In this document: piece by piece, positions 29,064-39,819 of the stretch
Layout of the letters: the number at the start of each line of letters is the position of its first letter
Position numbering within the stretch: position 1 is the first letter of the stretch
Assembly (NCBI GenBank): GCA_965222115.1
Contig: CBDCTJ010000007.1
Coordinates: 128,001 to 192,000, forward strand
DNA from: Planctomycetota bacterium
GTDB lineage: Bacteria > Planctomycetota > PLA2 > JAEUHO01
Direction: 5' to 3'
Length of the DNA: 64,000 nt
Notes under the pieces: generated by a model
Database searches by the model: none
Seen by the model: the letters and a program-made list of their open reading frames with translations, nothing else
Told to the model about the DNA's origin: nothing
Made by a program: the position numbers and the translations under genes

Positions 29064-29558
29064 ATGAATCACACCTCACAACCGTCCGTGCACCGGACGC
29101 TAGACCGCACGGGGGTCATCGCGTCGGTTGGATGCGCCATCCACTGCATGGTTGCACCTGCGTTGCTACTAATCGCGCCAACATTAGGGGGCTGGTGGGT
29201 TCACCCCGCAACACATCTCGCAATTGCGGCACTTGTCCTGCCCATTGCAGCGTCTGCTCTTTGGCGAGGCTATGGCGTTCATCGGCAGTGTTGGATCGTT
29301 GGTGTAGGGGCCCTTGGCATGATCCTCATCACAGTCGGTGTAGTGTTGCCTTGGCTGGCTCCATCGGACGTAAATGCCGTCACTGGATGTACGACGTGCC
29401 GCGATTGCTGCCCCACCATCGTCCGCGACGCGGTGACCGGCGCTTCATCGCTTCGAATTCCACCGGCAAGCATTGTCACGTTCCTTGGTGGCATGGCGCT
29501 CATCACGGCACATATAGGTAATCTGCGACGAGCGTGCGGGCATTGCCGTTCATCTTGA
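29064..29558 (+). CDS. MerC-domain membrane protein
   Basis: LDRTGVIASVGCAIHC, GYGVHR, AHIGN; extra CxxCxxCCP. Confidence 0.85.
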   Translation: MNHTSQPSVHRTLDRTGVIASVGCAIHCMVAPALLLIAPTLGGWWVHPATHLAIAALVLPIAASALWRGYGVHRQCWIVGVGALGMILITVGVVLPWLAPSDVNAVTGCTTCRDCCPTIVRDAVTGASSLRIPPASIVTFLGGMALITAHIGNLRRACGHCRSS

Positions 29559-29690
29559 CTTGGCGCTAGGCCGCGCGTACTTGACGTATGCACCACGACA
29601 ACGGCTCGAAGCTGCTTATGGATGGTCCACCTTGAGCTCAAGAACATCGAAGCGCCGCACAACGTGTCTCGGTAGGTGAATCAGACGGAC

Positions 29691-29981
29691 TTAGTTGACC
29701 ACGTCTTTGAGGATCTCAAGCGCTCCTTTGGCGGCAAACTTGCCAAGCGCTGCCTTGGGTCGGTGAAATACCATGCGGATTCGGGCGATGATCATAAACA
29801 CGCTGCCGACGCAGGCCAGTGCAATGGCTGGTAACATGGGTTCGGCATCCGTGCTTAGGGCGGCCTCGCCGTACTGTTCCAGAACGAGAAATCCTAGACC
29901 GGCGCCGGCCAGGATGATGAGAAAGCCAAGTAGTGCCTGGCGGCGAATCGCGCGCCCTTTGGGATCGTCGGATGTGGTCAT
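29691..29981 (-). CDS. small 2-TM hypothetical protein
   Basis: AGGAG RBS, two hydrophobic segments. Confidence 0.65.
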   Translation of the reverse strand: MTTSDDPKGRAIRRQALLGFLIILAGAGLGFLVLEQYGEAALSTDAEPMLPAIALACVGSVFMIIARIRMVFHRPKAALGKFAAKGALEILKDVVN

Positions 29982-30164
29982 GATGTACTCCTATGGGCGC
30001 AACGAATGCCGACCGCAGGAGATGTACGGAAGCGTGAGCGACCATCGCACGTCGTGGTTAGTTTTTGGCCACGAGCCTCGGCGCGGCCGGCCATTTACAA
30101 CCAATTGAATACCGGACCCATCTCCGCGTTAGGCTGCCAGCTCCAATCGCGAGACAACGAAAGC

Positions 30165-30569
30165 ATGCCTAGGCGCAAGATTCACAGAGCCGTATTTCTG
30201 GCGGCGGGTCTCTACAACATCGCGTGGGGTATCTACTCGGCAATTGACCCACAATGGTTCTTTCGCGTGGCGGGCATGGAACCCATCAATCACCCCCATA
30301 TATTCAGTTGTTTGGCGATGGTCATTGGGATTTACGGCATCCTTTATCTGGACGTTGCACGCATGCCGGAACAGGGCTGGACGATTGCTGCCGTGGGGTT
30401 GCTGGGCAAGATCCTCGGTCCGCTTGGCATGGGCTACTTGATCTTGCAGGGGACTTGGCCCGCAGAAGCGATGTGGCTGTGCGTAACCAATGACGTGATC
30501 TGGTGGATTCCCTTCGCACTCTATTTGCGCGACGCGTGGCCGTCGCTCATGGAAAGAAGGTGCGATTGA
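30165..30569 (+). CDS. 4-TM conserved hypothetical membrane protein
   Basis: AAGLYNIAWG, VGLLGKILGPLG, NDVIWWIPF. Confidence 0.75.
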   Translation: MPRRKIHRAVFLAAGLYNIAWGIYSAIDPQWFFRVAGMEPINHPHIFSCLAMVIGIYGILYLDVARMPEQGWTIAAVGLLGKILGPLGMGYLILQGTWPAEAMWLCVTNDVIWWIPFALYLRDAWPSLMERRCD

Positions 30570-30639
30570 ATGCGAAACGGTCAGCTATGACGTACGACCA
30601 ATCTGCGGCTTGAATTGGTTGTGCAATTGCGCCGATCGT

Positions 30640-31506
30640 CTACGAGCCTGCATCCATTGCGGCGATATCGATAGTGCCCTCTGATCGCACGTACACCAAG
30701 CAGCCCTCGGTGGCACCGCACGACATTTTGTGGTCCACGACCCCGTCTGAACCAAAGTAGCTACCGGGTTCCAGGGAATTCGTTTCGCCCTTCGCTTCCA
30801 CTTCGTGCGAGAGGCGCCCCTGAATGACGGCTGCGTGCACGGAGGCCCCACGAGACTTGATCGCGACGTGCGCCCCGGCGGCGAGCTTAACGAGCACGCG
30901 TTTGAGCGTTTCGTCGTGCGGATTGCCCGGCAACGTGGCAACTTGAACAGTACCGCTTGAATCGGTTGCCCCCGAGACGTTCGCCCAGGCCATGTCTGCG
31001 GGCTTCATCCAGACTGGCTGTTCGTCGCCCTCAAACGCCTCCTTGGACGGCAACACAAGGTAAGGCCCCTTCTCGATCTCAATGTAAGCAACGTTTGTCT
31101 CTCCCTTGGCGGCCGTAATGTGCACGTCGCCGGCAGGTTGTGTCCAAAACGTGCCCGACGGCAGCCACAACTTCTCGGCTTTGGGATCATCGTTGTGCAC
31201 CTCGCCGCTGATGACCACACCGCGGTACGTCACAGGATGGATGTGTGGCGGCGACGAAAATCCGTCAATAAACTTGACAAGAAATCCAGAGGGCACAGGG
31301 CCCTTTCTCTTTCCCCATAGGGTCCCCGCTTTGGGGCTTTTGTCTCCTCGTAGCGGATTGAGCGCCTCCCACTTGACATCCGACGCCTTGACAACGTGCA
31401 CGTTGCCGAGTGGCGGTTTGCGAGAAGAGAGAAAATTCATCGCCGCGAAGGCCGCAAGCAGCAACGCGAAAATGACGATCAACCAGAGTGCATTCTTGTT
31501 TTTCAT
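30640..31506 (-). CDS. DUF4437 cupin-fold protein
   Basis: [35 protein letters not shown]. Confidence 0.85.
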   Translation of the reverse strand: MKNKNALWLIVIFALLLAAFAAMNFLSSRKPPLGNVHVVKASDVKWEALNPLRGDKSPKAGTLWGKRKGPVPSGFLVKFIDGFSSPPHIHPVTYRGVVISGEVHNDDPKAEKLWLPSGTFWTQPAGDVHITAAKGETNVAYIEIEKGPYLVLPSKEAFEGDEQPVWMKPADMAWANVSGATDSSGTVQVATLPGNPHDETLKRVLVKLAAGAHVAIKSRGASVHAAVIQGRLSHEVEAKGETNSLEPGSYFGSDGVVDHKMSCGATEGCLVYVRSEGTIDIAAMDAGS

Positions 31507-31558
31507 GGCGTCAGTCTCCTATGCCGTCACGCGCATGCCATGCAATCCCACAGACTTA

Positions 31559-32545
31559 CTAGTGCTCAATGACTACTTTGCCCATCGCCTGCCCTCCTTC
31601 CAGGCGAGCATGCGCGTCCCCAACTTCTGTGAGTGAAAACTGAGAAGCGTCTAATATGGGGCGCAATGCTCCGGACTCAACGATCGTTGCGAGATTGTGG
31701 AGGATTCGCCCGTGGTCTTCTCTACGATGATTGTGAAGCATGGGAATGAGCATGAAAACTACGTGAAGCGAAAGGCCCTTGAAGTGAGCCATGGTGAGGT
31801 CCAACTCACATAGGGACACTGTAGACGCAACTTGTCCATTGAGCGCCGCAGCTTCAAATGAGTTCGCCATGTTCGCGCCCCCAACCGAATCGTACACAAT
31901 GTCAAATCCGATGCCCCCCGTGTGCTTGGCTACATAGTCGGCTACCGCTTCGGTCTTGTAGTTGATGGGCGTCGCACCAAGCTCCTCGATCAACGCAAGT
32001 TGTTTGTCGCCGCCGCCGGTGGCGTACACATCAGCGCCGAAGTATTTCGCCAACTGCAGTGCCACGTGCCCAACGCCGCCGGAGCCACCGTGGACCAAAA
32101 CCCGCTGGCCCTTGTTGATGCCAGCACGGATCAGTCCTTCATACGCCGTGATCCCCACAAGCGGTAGCGCTGCCGCTTCACGCATGGAAAGGTTCTTTGG
32201 CTTGCGAGCAATGAGTCGGTAGTCGGCGGTCATGTAGTCTGCGAGCGTCCCGGGCAGATCGGCCAATCCACCGGCACAACCAAACACTTCGTCGCCTACC
32301 TCAAATCCCTGAACATCGTCACCCAAAGCCTCGATTGTGCCTGCGAAGTCCATTCCCAAAATTGCCGGCGTATCCGGCGAGAGCGGCAGCTCCTTGCCCA
32401 TCTTGCGAATCATGGTGTCCACCGTATTCACGCTGGACGCTTCTATCTTCACCAGTACGTGCCCCGACCTCGGGTGGGGCGCGGGTACCTCAGTAGCTAC
32501 GAATACGGCATCTTCACCGTATTCACGTATGACCATTGCTTTCAT
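31559..32545 (-). CDS. MDR-family NADPH:quinone oxidoreductase-like protein
   Basis: SSVNTVD, LGMDFAG, VLVHGGSGGVG, GKVVI. Confidence 0.92.
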   Translation of the reverse strand: MKAMVIREYGEDAVFVATEVPAPHPRSGHVLVKIEASSVNTVDTMIRKMGKELPLSPDTPAILGMDFAGTIEALGDDVQGFEVGDEVFGCAGGLADLPGTLADYMTADYRLIARKPKNLSMREAAALPLVGITAYEGLIRAGINKGQRVLVHGGSGGVGHVALQLAKYFGADVYATGGGDKQLALIEELGATPINYKTEAVADYVAKHTGGIGFDIVYDSVGGANMANSFEAAALNGQVASTVSLCELDLTMAHFKGLSLHVVFMLIPMLHNHRREDHGRILHNLATIVESGALRPILDASQFSLTEVGDAHARLEGGQAMGKVVIEH

Positions 32546-32667
32546 AGCAAATTTCCTTATTGCGATGTGCCGAAGGAGTCCCGCAACAGTGCGAATGCGC
32601 GCGCCACATCGGCCGCCGAAAACCGCTCAGAGCGCACGCACTGTCTCCTTCGTAGAGCCCTTCGCCA

Positions 32668-33513
32668 CTAGTTGATGTCCTGAACCTGCATGACAAGGTC
32701 GTTCCAGTTCCTCTGGTTCTCCAAGTTGTTTTGAAATCCACCCTCTTCGGCAACCTGAAAGCGCTTAACGGCAGGCGTCTTGCTCGTGGCTTGATAAAGC
32801 CAATACGCCTCCGCGCGCAGTGCATCCTCAATGGGCTTGTCGATTGACTCGTAAACAGCCTGTTTGCATGCATTGATCGACGCAGAAGGGAACTTGGCAA
32901 TGCGCTTCGCCAAGCGATCCACGTAGGGACCAATCTCGTCGGGATCGAGCGCCTTATTGATGGTGCCGTAGGCTTCGGCTTCATCGGCATCAAAATCGCG
33001 CGCACTCAAAATGATCTCAAGGGCTCGACCCAAACCGACTTGGCGCGCCATGCGTGACGCGCCGCCACCGCACGGAAGAATTCCCATGCCAACCTCCATC
33101 TGCATGAGCTTGAACTTTCCGCGAGCAGCGAAACGCATATCGCATGCAAGGGCGAATTCATGTCCGCCGCCGCGCGCAAACCCTTCAAGCTTGGCAATCG
33201 TTGCTTGCGGCACCTTGCTAATGCGCTCAAGAATCGCCTGCAGGTCAAGCAGTGTTGCCTCGTCGCGCGCTACTGGCTCCTTGGAGAGATACTGCAAGAG
33301 TTCGGTATCGTAGTGGCACACCCAAATCTCTGGATGGCTCGACTGAAACACAACGACCTTTGTGTCGCGATCTCGTTCGAGTCGCATCGCAAGTGTGTTT
33401 AGGTCGGCCAACATGGGCGCGCCCTGGACGTTCACCGGCTCGTAGTCGAATGTGACTGTGAGCACGCCCTCGCGTTGCTCGGCTTTGAATGTCTTGAATC
33501 CTTCGTAGTTCAT
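32668..33513 (-). CDS. enoyl-CoA hydratase/isomerase family protein
   Basis: ARGGGHEFALACDMR, QMEVGMGILPCGGG. Confidence 0.92.
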   Translation of the reverse strand: MNYEGFKTFKAEQREGVLTVTFDYEPVNVQGAPMLADLNTLAMRLERDRDTKVVVFQSSHPEIWVCHYDTELLQYLSKEPVARDEATLLDLQAILERISKVPQATIAKLEGFARGGGHEFALACDMRFAARGKFKLMQMEVGMGILPCGGGASRMARQVGLGRALEIILSARDFDADEAEAYGTINKALDPDEIGPYVDRLAKRIAKFPSASINACKQAVYESIDKPIEDALRAEAYWLYQATSKTPAVKRFQVAEEGGFQNNLENQRNWNDLVMQVQDIN

Positions 33514-33621
33514 CTTGCTCCTTCGTGCGTGCGGTTGGACGTGGATCGCCTCGCCGAGAAGGCGACGCGCAGAACCAGCTCGGGGAGCGGGGAGGATCTA
33601 CCATCCGGAATAAAATTCAAG

Positions 33622-33641
33622 TACCCACAATTTTGTAAGTA
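33622..33641. promoter_or_regulatory. candidate HxlR-family operator TACCCACAA-TT-TTGTAAGTA
   Basis: Imperfect (7/9) inverted repeat in the AT-rich divergent intergenic region. Confidence 0.5.
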
Positions 33642-33673
33642 ACCTACATATCTGTTTGTATTGGAGATCGCTG

Positions 33674-34027
33674 ATGGCGCGAAACTACTGCTGGAAGACC
33701 GGCTGCGATGTGGAAGCCACCCTGAGTGTGATCGGTGGCAGGTGGAAACCCGTAATCGTGTGCCACTTACTCGATGGGCGAAAGCGATTTGGCGAGTTGC
33801 GCCGCCTCATAGAGAACGCGACAGAGCGGATGATCACATTGCAACTTCGTGAACTCGAAGCAGACGGCGTCGTGAGCCGACACGTTTACGCCGAGGTGCC
33901 GCCCCGCGTGGAGTATGACGTAACCGATTTCGGACGAACACTTGAACCCATACTTACCGTAATGCAAGACTGGGGAAGCGCATTTAAGGCACGGCGCCTC
34001 GCAGCGCTTGAGGGCGAGGACGCGTGA
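33674..34027 (+). CDS. HxlR-family winged-helix regulator
   Basis: C.VE..L.VIGGRWK, RFGEL, QLRELE.DG, PPRVEY. Confidence 0.92.
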   Translation: MARNYCWKTGCDVEATLSVIGGRWKPVIVCHLLDGRKRFGELRRLIENATERMITLQLRELEADGVVSRHVYAEVPPRVEYDVTDFGRTLEPILTVMQDWGSAFKARRLAALEGEDA

Positions 34028-34155
34028 CGCCTACACGTAACGAGTCACTCACACACCTCGCAACCAAGATTCGTGATCTTCCAGCGCGAAGCCCTTTGGA
34101 AGTCACTGGTTAGGGCCGACGGTGAACGGTCGACGCGCTGCGAGGTATTGAAGGC
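34028..34155 (-). pseudogene. degenerate duplicate of the fur 3' end (27430-27558)
   Basis: CCTCGCAACCAA...CTTCCAGCGCGAAGCCCTT..GAAGTC shared; the copy has a 1-bp deletion and stop codons. Confidence 0.8.
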
Positions 34156-34525
34156 GCCATTAGGGGCATCTTGTTGATGTCCCTTTCGTTTCCCGGCAGA
34201 CTCATGGAAAGGCGTGAACGGCGCGTTCGTCCTCTTTGTGCTCCATGAACGGGGAAGAGGAAGACGTCTCGAAACTAGAAACGGGCATTCGGTCGCCAAA
34301 TTCCAAGTGAACTCATTGGCGGAAGATCCAATCGCAGCCCGTACTGCCGCCGAAAGTGCATACCGCGCTATGCACCTGAGATCCGACGCGGTGCTATTCG
34401 ACCTGTATGAAAACGGCGTGATGCACAGGTGGAAATCGGATCGTAGATCCGTCGGTTTGCCAACGTACAAAGATATAATGGCGTGTACAGCACTCGCACA
34501 TCGGGCGAGTGCATTCGGAGGACGC

Positions 34526-35029
34526 GTGACGCCCACACGCAAATCTCTCTTGGCCATCGCGCTTGGCATTCCCCTTGGCATCGGCATCTTTTCGTTTCAC
34601 TACGCCGGTGGCACGTCGTACCTAAGTAGCAACCCCACCGCCTGTGCCAATTGCCACATCATGGATCACCACTACGATTCGTGGCAGAAGGGGAGCCATC
34701 ATGGCGTTGCTACGTGCGTGGATTGCCACTTGCCCGCATCGGGCATCGAAAAGTACGTGGCCAAAGCCATCAACGGCTACAACCACTCCAAGGCCTTCAC
34801 GCTACAGAATTTTCATGAACCCATCATGATTGGCGAGGCCAACAGCAAGATCTTGCAGGAGAACTGCGTGCGCTGTCACGGCGATCTCTTGCACGAAACC
34901 ATGACGGGATCGTCCACACGCTACGAACCCGGTCGATGTGTCCATTGCCATCGTTCCGTTGGACACGGGCAATGGCTTGGCGTCGGCGGACCCGATCGCG
35001 GCGCTGCCAAGGAAAGTGAGGCTCGATAA
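34526..35029 (+). CDS. nrfH: cytochrome c nitrite reductase small subunit (NapC/NirT family)
   Basis: GGAGGA RBS plus GTG; N-terminal TM; four CXXCH (CANCH, CVDCH, CVRCH, CVHCH). Confidence 0.92.
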   Translation: MTPTRKSLLAIALGIPLGIGIFSFHYAGGTSYLSSNPTACANCHIMDHHYDSWQKGSHHGVATCVDCHLPASGIEKYVAKAINGYNHSKAFTLQNFHEPIMIGEANSKILQENCVRCHGDLLHETMTGSSTRYEPGRCVHCHRSVGHGQWLGVGGPDRGAAKESEAR

Positions 35030-36471
35030 TGGAATCCGAGAAGGCGCACACCAACAAGCAGCGCGGAGGCGGCTGGTGGTGGTTGATTCTCCTTGCGACA
35101 ATGATTGTGACGGCGCTCGTTACGGCGTTGCTCGTCAACATCATGGAGCGCAAGCAAGAGGCGAAGACGCCCTTTGTGCGTGTGGTAGAGGTGGATGAAG
35201 ACACCACCGACGCTGCCGAATGGGGTAAGAACTGGCCGCGGCAATATGACGGCTACCTGCGCACCGCGCAGGCAACCCGCACGCGTTTTGGAGGTCATGG
35301 CGGCAGTGAGGCCATGCCCGAAGAGAAAATCGAGCGCGACCCGTGGCTCAAGCGCATGTTCTTAGGCTATGCGTTCTCGATTGACTACCGCGATCGACGA
35401 GGCCACGCCTATATGCTCCACGATCAGGAGCAAACCGAACGATTGACGAAACCTCAGTCAGGCTCATGCCTTCACTGCCACGCGTCCATCATGCCTGTGT
35501 ATCGCGAGCTTGGCGACGGCGATGCCGCAAAGGGCTTCGCCAAGACGTACTCGATGTCATACAAGGAACTCAATGCCAAGTTGCACGAGAGTGGACACGG
35601 CCATCCTGTGTCCTGCGTTGACTGCCACGATCCCAAAACGCTTGAGATTCGCGTGACCCGTCCGGGCTTCATTGAAGGCATTCAAGCGCTGGCGGCAGGC
35701 AACGCCCCGGTGCCCCATATTCCCTCCATCGAGCTCTGGCGCAAAGGGGACCGCAAGACGCCCTACGACCCGAACCGAGACGCGAGTCGCAATGAGATGC
35801 GCTCCTTTGTGTGTGGGCAGTGCCATGTGGAGTACTACTGCTCGAGCGACTTCAAGTTGACCTTTCCGTGGGGCGAAGGGCTCAGCGTAGAGCAGACCGA
35901 GAGTTTCTGGAACAACACCAAACTCTCGTCGGGCGAGCGCTTCTTTGATTACAAGCACAAGGAAACCGGTGCAGCGATTTTGAAAGCGCAACACCCCGAG
36001 TACGAACTCTGGAGTCAAGGTATTCACGCTCGCAGTGGCGTGTCGTGCGCCGACTGCCATATGCCCTACATGCGCGAGGGTGCGTCCAAGATATCCGATC
36101 ACTGGGTTCGAAGTCCCCTGCTCAACATCAATCGTGCGTGTCAGACTTGCCACCACGTTGCTGAATCTGAACTCAAAGCACGCGTCGACTCCATTCAGGA
36201 CAAGAATCGCGCGCTCATGTTACGTGCAGGCGCCGCACTCATGGACCAGCTCGACGCTATCGTGAAAGCGCGGAAGGAGGGCGCTACTGATGAGCAGTTG
36301 GCCGAGGCCCTGGAGTTTCAGCGCAAGGCACAGTGGCGCCTCGATTTCATTGCCGCAGAAAACTCGATGGGCTTTCACGCGCCACAAGAAGCGGCACGCA
36401 TCTTGGGCGAAGCCGCCCACATGGCGCGCGAAGGCCAGATCGCGGCCATGAAATGGAACGAGGCAAAATAG
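35029..36471 (+). CDS. nrfA: pentaheme ammonia-forming cytochrome c nitrite reductase (CXXCH-type first heme)
   Basis: GYAFS..Y...[51 protein letters not shown]. Confidence 0.93.
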   Translation: MESEKAHTNKQRGGGWWWLILLATMIVTALVTALLVNIMERKQEAKTPFVRVVEVDEDTTDAAEWGKNWPRQYDGYLRTAQATRTRFGGHGGSEAMPEEKIERDPWLKRMFLGYAFSIDYRDRRGHAYMLHDQEQTERLTKPQSGSCLHCHASIMPVYRELGDGDAAKGFAKTYSMSYKELNAKLHESGHGHPVSCVDCHDPKTLEIRVTRPGFIEGIQALAAGNAPVPHIPSIELWRKGDRKTPYDPNRDASRNEMRSFVCGQCHVEYYCSSDFKLTFPWGEGLSVEQTESFWNNTKLSSGERFFDYKHKETGAAILKAQHPEYELWSQGIHARSGVSCADCHMPYMREGASKISDHWVRSPLLNINRACQTCHHVAESELKARVDSIQDKNRALMLRAGAALMDQLDAIVKARKEGATDEQLAEALEFQRKAQWRLDFIAAENSMGFHAPQEAARILGEAAHMAREGQIAAMKWNEAK

Positions 36472-36531
36472 ACCGCGGCGGAGCGCGGGGATTGAGTCGC
36501 TCGGCGGGCGACTGGCCATAGACTGCCCGCC

Positions 36532-36966
36532 ATGAAATCACTCCGCTCGCTCATCCTTGTTCCGACTCTTTCCATCTTGACGATTGCCTGCGGTGGCACC
36601 GACACCAAGTCAGCCACCAAAGAGGAACGAACCAAGGCCACTATCTTGAAGCTGCTCGAGCTCGCCAAGTCGGGCGACGCCAAGGCTGCTGCGCCACTTG
36701 TTGTTTACCGCGGAGGTGACAAGACCCGCAAGTGGAAAGATGTGATCAACCCGAACAACGAAGATGAACTCAAACGCCTGAAGATGAATCTGGGTGAGCT
36801 TAAGGAACTCGCCGGTGATGCCACCCCTGCCTTTGTCGAATTTACTACCAACAAGGAAAGCGAAGGGCAGTGGCTCGTTTGGAAAACGAAGATCGACGGC
36901 AAAGACATCATGTTCGCGTGCCTTGAGATTAATGGACAAATCGCACTGGCTGATCTCGACACGTAG
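36532..36966 (+). CDS. hypothetical lipoprotein
   Basis: LTIA-C lipobox. Confidence 0.75.
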   Translation: MKSLRSLILVPTLSILTIACGGTDTKSATKEERTKATILKLLELAKSGDAKAAAPLVVYRGGDKTRKWKDVINPNNEDELKRLKMNLGELKELAGDATPAFVEFTTNKESEGQWLVWKTKIDGKDIMFACLEINGQIALADLDT

Positions 36967-36992
36967 ATTCGCCAGTCGGCGTCCCGATGCGC

Positions 36993-38207
36993 TTACTTGC
37001 TCGTACCGTAGGTCGATGACGCAGTAACACTCGATGCCCATTGGCCGCCTAACGCATCGATGAGCTGTACGGCATCGATTTCATTCCAACCGGACGCGCG
37101 ATGGGTATCGAGCGTTAATCGAATCGTCCGCGTGAGTAGCCCTCGGTCGTTGAGTGCAAGATCGAGCCAGCGTATGGCGGCGCCATTTGAATCGACGTGC
37201 CCCTCCCACAGGAGTTCCCAATCGCCGCCCACACCCTTGCCTTCCACACGCACCACGGCTCCGGGATTGTATGTTTCGTGAATCCGAATGCGGGAGGGGT
37301 ACACCGCACGCTCAAACGTCATGTCTAGCGTCACGTTGCCCATATCGGCGTACTTGCTGGCCCATGCGGTTACATGATCGCCACCCTCAAACGTATCGGG
37401 CTCGCCTGTGGCTTGAACGGCACCCCAGTTGGCACCTTTTGCCCGTGCAAGCTTTGCAGTCAACGCTCTTCGCTCGCTAGGGGAAATGGCGTTGCCATGC
37501 GTCAGGGCCGTTCGACGCAGCGCAGTCAACTCGGTATCCTCAAAAGGAAGCCCGCGAAGTGCATCGATCGCTATAGGACGCTCATCGTCCGACTCGAGCA
37601 ATGCGCCGATCTCTTTGCGCGCCTCCGCCCCGCCGCCGATGCGATGCGCAAGTTGCAGCACACTCGAACGCGTGCTTCCCAGCGATCCACGATCTCGCGC
37701 CATCTCCACCAGCAAGGGGAGCGCAGCCGCGGGCATGCGAGCATCGGGCTGCTTCAAAATGTCGAACACGGCAATCAAGAGCTGGCCTTCGAGTTGGCCG
37801 CTCATGAGGAGTTCGCCTGCCATCTCTTGTGCGAGCAAGCGTTCGCGCAATGCAAGCGAACGAAGCGCCGCCGCACGTTCCGCCAGCGATTTGCTCGTGT
37901 CGCGCACGATGGAGTAATCCGAAGCGCCGCGCGTGCGTCTCGCTTGCTCTACGTTCGAAAACGCAGGATGTTCATCGCCTGAACGCTTATCACTACGACT
38001 TTGGGTTTCGAGGTTGTCTCCCTGGAGCTGCTGTTGGGGCGGTTGTAAACCAGGACTTCCCCGAGCCCCATGATCTCGCGATGGGAGCACCAACATCGAT
38101 GAGTCGCTAGCTACAAGTCGCGGTGCGGGGGTACTGGGTTCAAGGAGCACCATAAGCGTGGCACCGAGAGCAAGTCCCAACAAGAATGACCACCAATGTC
38201 GATTCAT
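36993..38207 (-). CDS. membrane-anchored protein: HEAT-like helices plus C-terminal galactose-binding/discoidin-like domain
   Basis: N-terminal TM; QATGEPDT, TAWAS, IHETYNPGAV, WNEIDAV. Confidence 0.7.
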   Translation of the reverse strand: MNRHWWSFLLGLALGATLMVLLEPSTPAPRLVASDSSMLVLPSRDHGARGSPGLQPPQQQLQGDNLETQSRSDKRSGDEHPAFSNVEQARRTRGASDYSIVRDTSKSLAERAAALRSLALRERLLAQEMAGELLMSGQLEGQLLIAVFDILKQPDARMPAAALPLLVEMARDRGSLGSTRSSVLQLAHRIGGGAEARKEIGALLESDDERPIAIDALRGLPFEDTELTALRRTALTHGNAISPSERRALTAKLARAKGANWGAVQATGEPDTFEGGDHVTAWASKYADMGNVTLDMTFERAVYPSRIRIHETYNPGAVVRVEGKGVGGDWELLWEGHVDSNGAAIRWLDLALNDRGLLTRTIRLTLDTHRASGWNEIDAVQLIDALGGQWASSVTASSTYGTSK

Positions 38208-38328
38208 GATTGCCTAGCTTGCCTCTTCGACGTGTCCCTTCGAGGGACGCGCGGATGCACATCATAGCCCAAATCGATAGGCCGGAAATGGTGCTGCCCA
38301 CGGGCGATGTGTAATCGAACAAAGCCCC

Positions 38329-38673
38329 TTACCGCATGTTCGTCGCGTCGTAAAATGATGTTATCGCCGCAATTTTTCCGTCGCGCACATGCACCCAATC
38401 GCAGCACGGCACTTCGCCGCTGGGAAGCGTGAGGTCGTACCACACGACCGCTTCATCTTCGCCGCCCAGAACTTTGACGATCTTCATGGGGGGTGAGCCG
38501 CGCTCAAGCATCGGCTTCATCCACTCGAAGTACGTATCGCGACCTTCGATGGTCCCGAACGGGCTCGAATGCGTAAATGACTCGGCCAGTGGTAGCTTAT
38601 GAGGTGTTCCGGCAATCCACGCCTCGATCCATTCACGGGCAAGGGCGGCTGCTCCCTGACTTGCGGTACTCAT
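38329..38673 (-). CDS. SnoaL-like / NTF2-fold protein
   Basis: SPFGTIEGRD, DWVHVRDGKI..I..FYD; AGGAGG RBS. Confidence 0.85.
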   Translation of the reverse strand: MSTASQGAAALAREWIEAWIAGTPHKLPLAESFTHSSPFGTIEGRDTYFEWMKPMLERGSPPMKIVKVLGGEDEAVVWYDLTLPSGEVPCCDWVHVRDGKIAAITSFYDATNMR

Positions 38674-38786
38674 AGTGCCTCCTGTCGATGTCAAGTGCAC
38701 GCGCAGAGTCTAACGTGCTCCATACGGAATGCGGGGTCGGCGTACGGACTGAGGAATCGAAGGAGCAAAACGGACGACGCGGGAGG

Positions 38787-39599
38787 CTACATCTCGTCAA
38801 TCACCTCCCGCCAGAGGTCACGCGCGACGGTTGCCGCGTCGGCAACTACGCCTTGGCGCACAAAGTAGTTGGTGAGCCGCGTGACATCGCGCACGAACAG
38901 TTCAAAGCCCTGCGGATGTTTGAGCGCGTCCACCGCCTGCGGGAAGTCGATCAGAATGCCTTCGCCTTGCCAGTAGAGCACATTGAAGGGTGACAAGTCG
39001 CCGTGCACAACATACTCGCTGAGCATGGTGCGTACGTCGGCCATGGTTGAATCAAACAATCGATACGCCTCATCGCGATCCAGCCGTACGGCGTGCAACG
39101 TGGGCGCGCCCTGCACCTCGTCGCCCAGAAACTCCATGAGGATCGCATTGCTTGAGTTGGTGAGTACCCGCGGGACACGCACGCCCACGCGATGCATATG
39201 CTCCAACATACTCACTTCATACTTGCACCACGCTCCGGCATCGAGCGCCCGGCCGTAGCGCGACCGTTTCTTTAGGGCTCGCGTGGTGCGCGAGTCGGGA
39301 TAGTTACCTTCCCCGGATCGAATAAGCCGCCCCGTCTTATAGAGCGAGTCATTCTTCATGGCGCGAAACATGCGCGGACGAAACACCTTCGCCGCAATGA
39401 ACTCGTGCCCGGTTGCCGGATGGGCTTTGCAACAGTAAACCGTTGCCTCCTTGCCTCCTTTCACACGAAAGAGCACGTCGGTAAACCACTCATCCATGTA
39501 GAAGCCGCCAAGCGACTTCAGTATCCACTTCATTTCCTGACGCCCACCGTTGAACGACGGATGGAACGCACTTGATAGATCATGCTTTTGCTGACTCAA
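38787..39599 (-). CDS. RIO1-family atypical kinase
   Basis: GGKEATVY, AAKVFR, LMEFLG, VHGDLSPFNVL, IDFPQAVD; TTG start after GGAG inferred. Confidence 0.9.
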   Translation of the reverse strand: MSQQKHDLSSAFHPSFNGGRQEMKWILKSLGGFYMDEWFTDVLFRVKGGKEATVYCCKAHPATGHEFIAAKVFRPRMFRAMKNDSLYKTGRLIRSGEGNYPDSRTTRALKKRSRYGRALDAGAWCKYEVSMLEHMHRVGVRVPRVLTNSSNAILMEFLGDEVQGAPTLHAVRLDRDEAYRLFDSTMADVRTMLSEYVVHGDLSPFNVLYWQGEGILIDFPQAVDALKHPQGFELFVRDVTRLTNYFVRQGVVADAATVARDLWREVIDEM

Positions 39600-39775
39600 T
39601 GCCAAACTCCAAGAGGGTTGCGCGAGAGACCGATCCCATGAACTCGCTATCAACGGCAGCGTTGGCTGCCGAAGGGCGAAACGCAATACGAGACGACGTA
39701 GTGCAATGTGGACAGGGCACCTCGCTCACAACCCAAAAGGCAGCGAAAGCAGCTAGCGCGCGCGCCGCGCGCTAA

Positions 39776-39813
39776 GCGACGGGTGACACGCGACGGGTGA
39801 CACGCGACGGGTG
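39776..39813. repeat. 14-bp tandem repeat (GCGACGGGTGACAC)x2.7 next to the hairpin at 39754-39774
   Basis: Seen directly. Confidence 0.85.
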
Positions 39814-39819
39814 GACGCG

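Noticed and set aside
34214-34525. N-terminal extension of NrfH
   Set aside because: GGAGGA plus GTG at 34526 gives a typical NrfH; the upstream translation has no recognisable features
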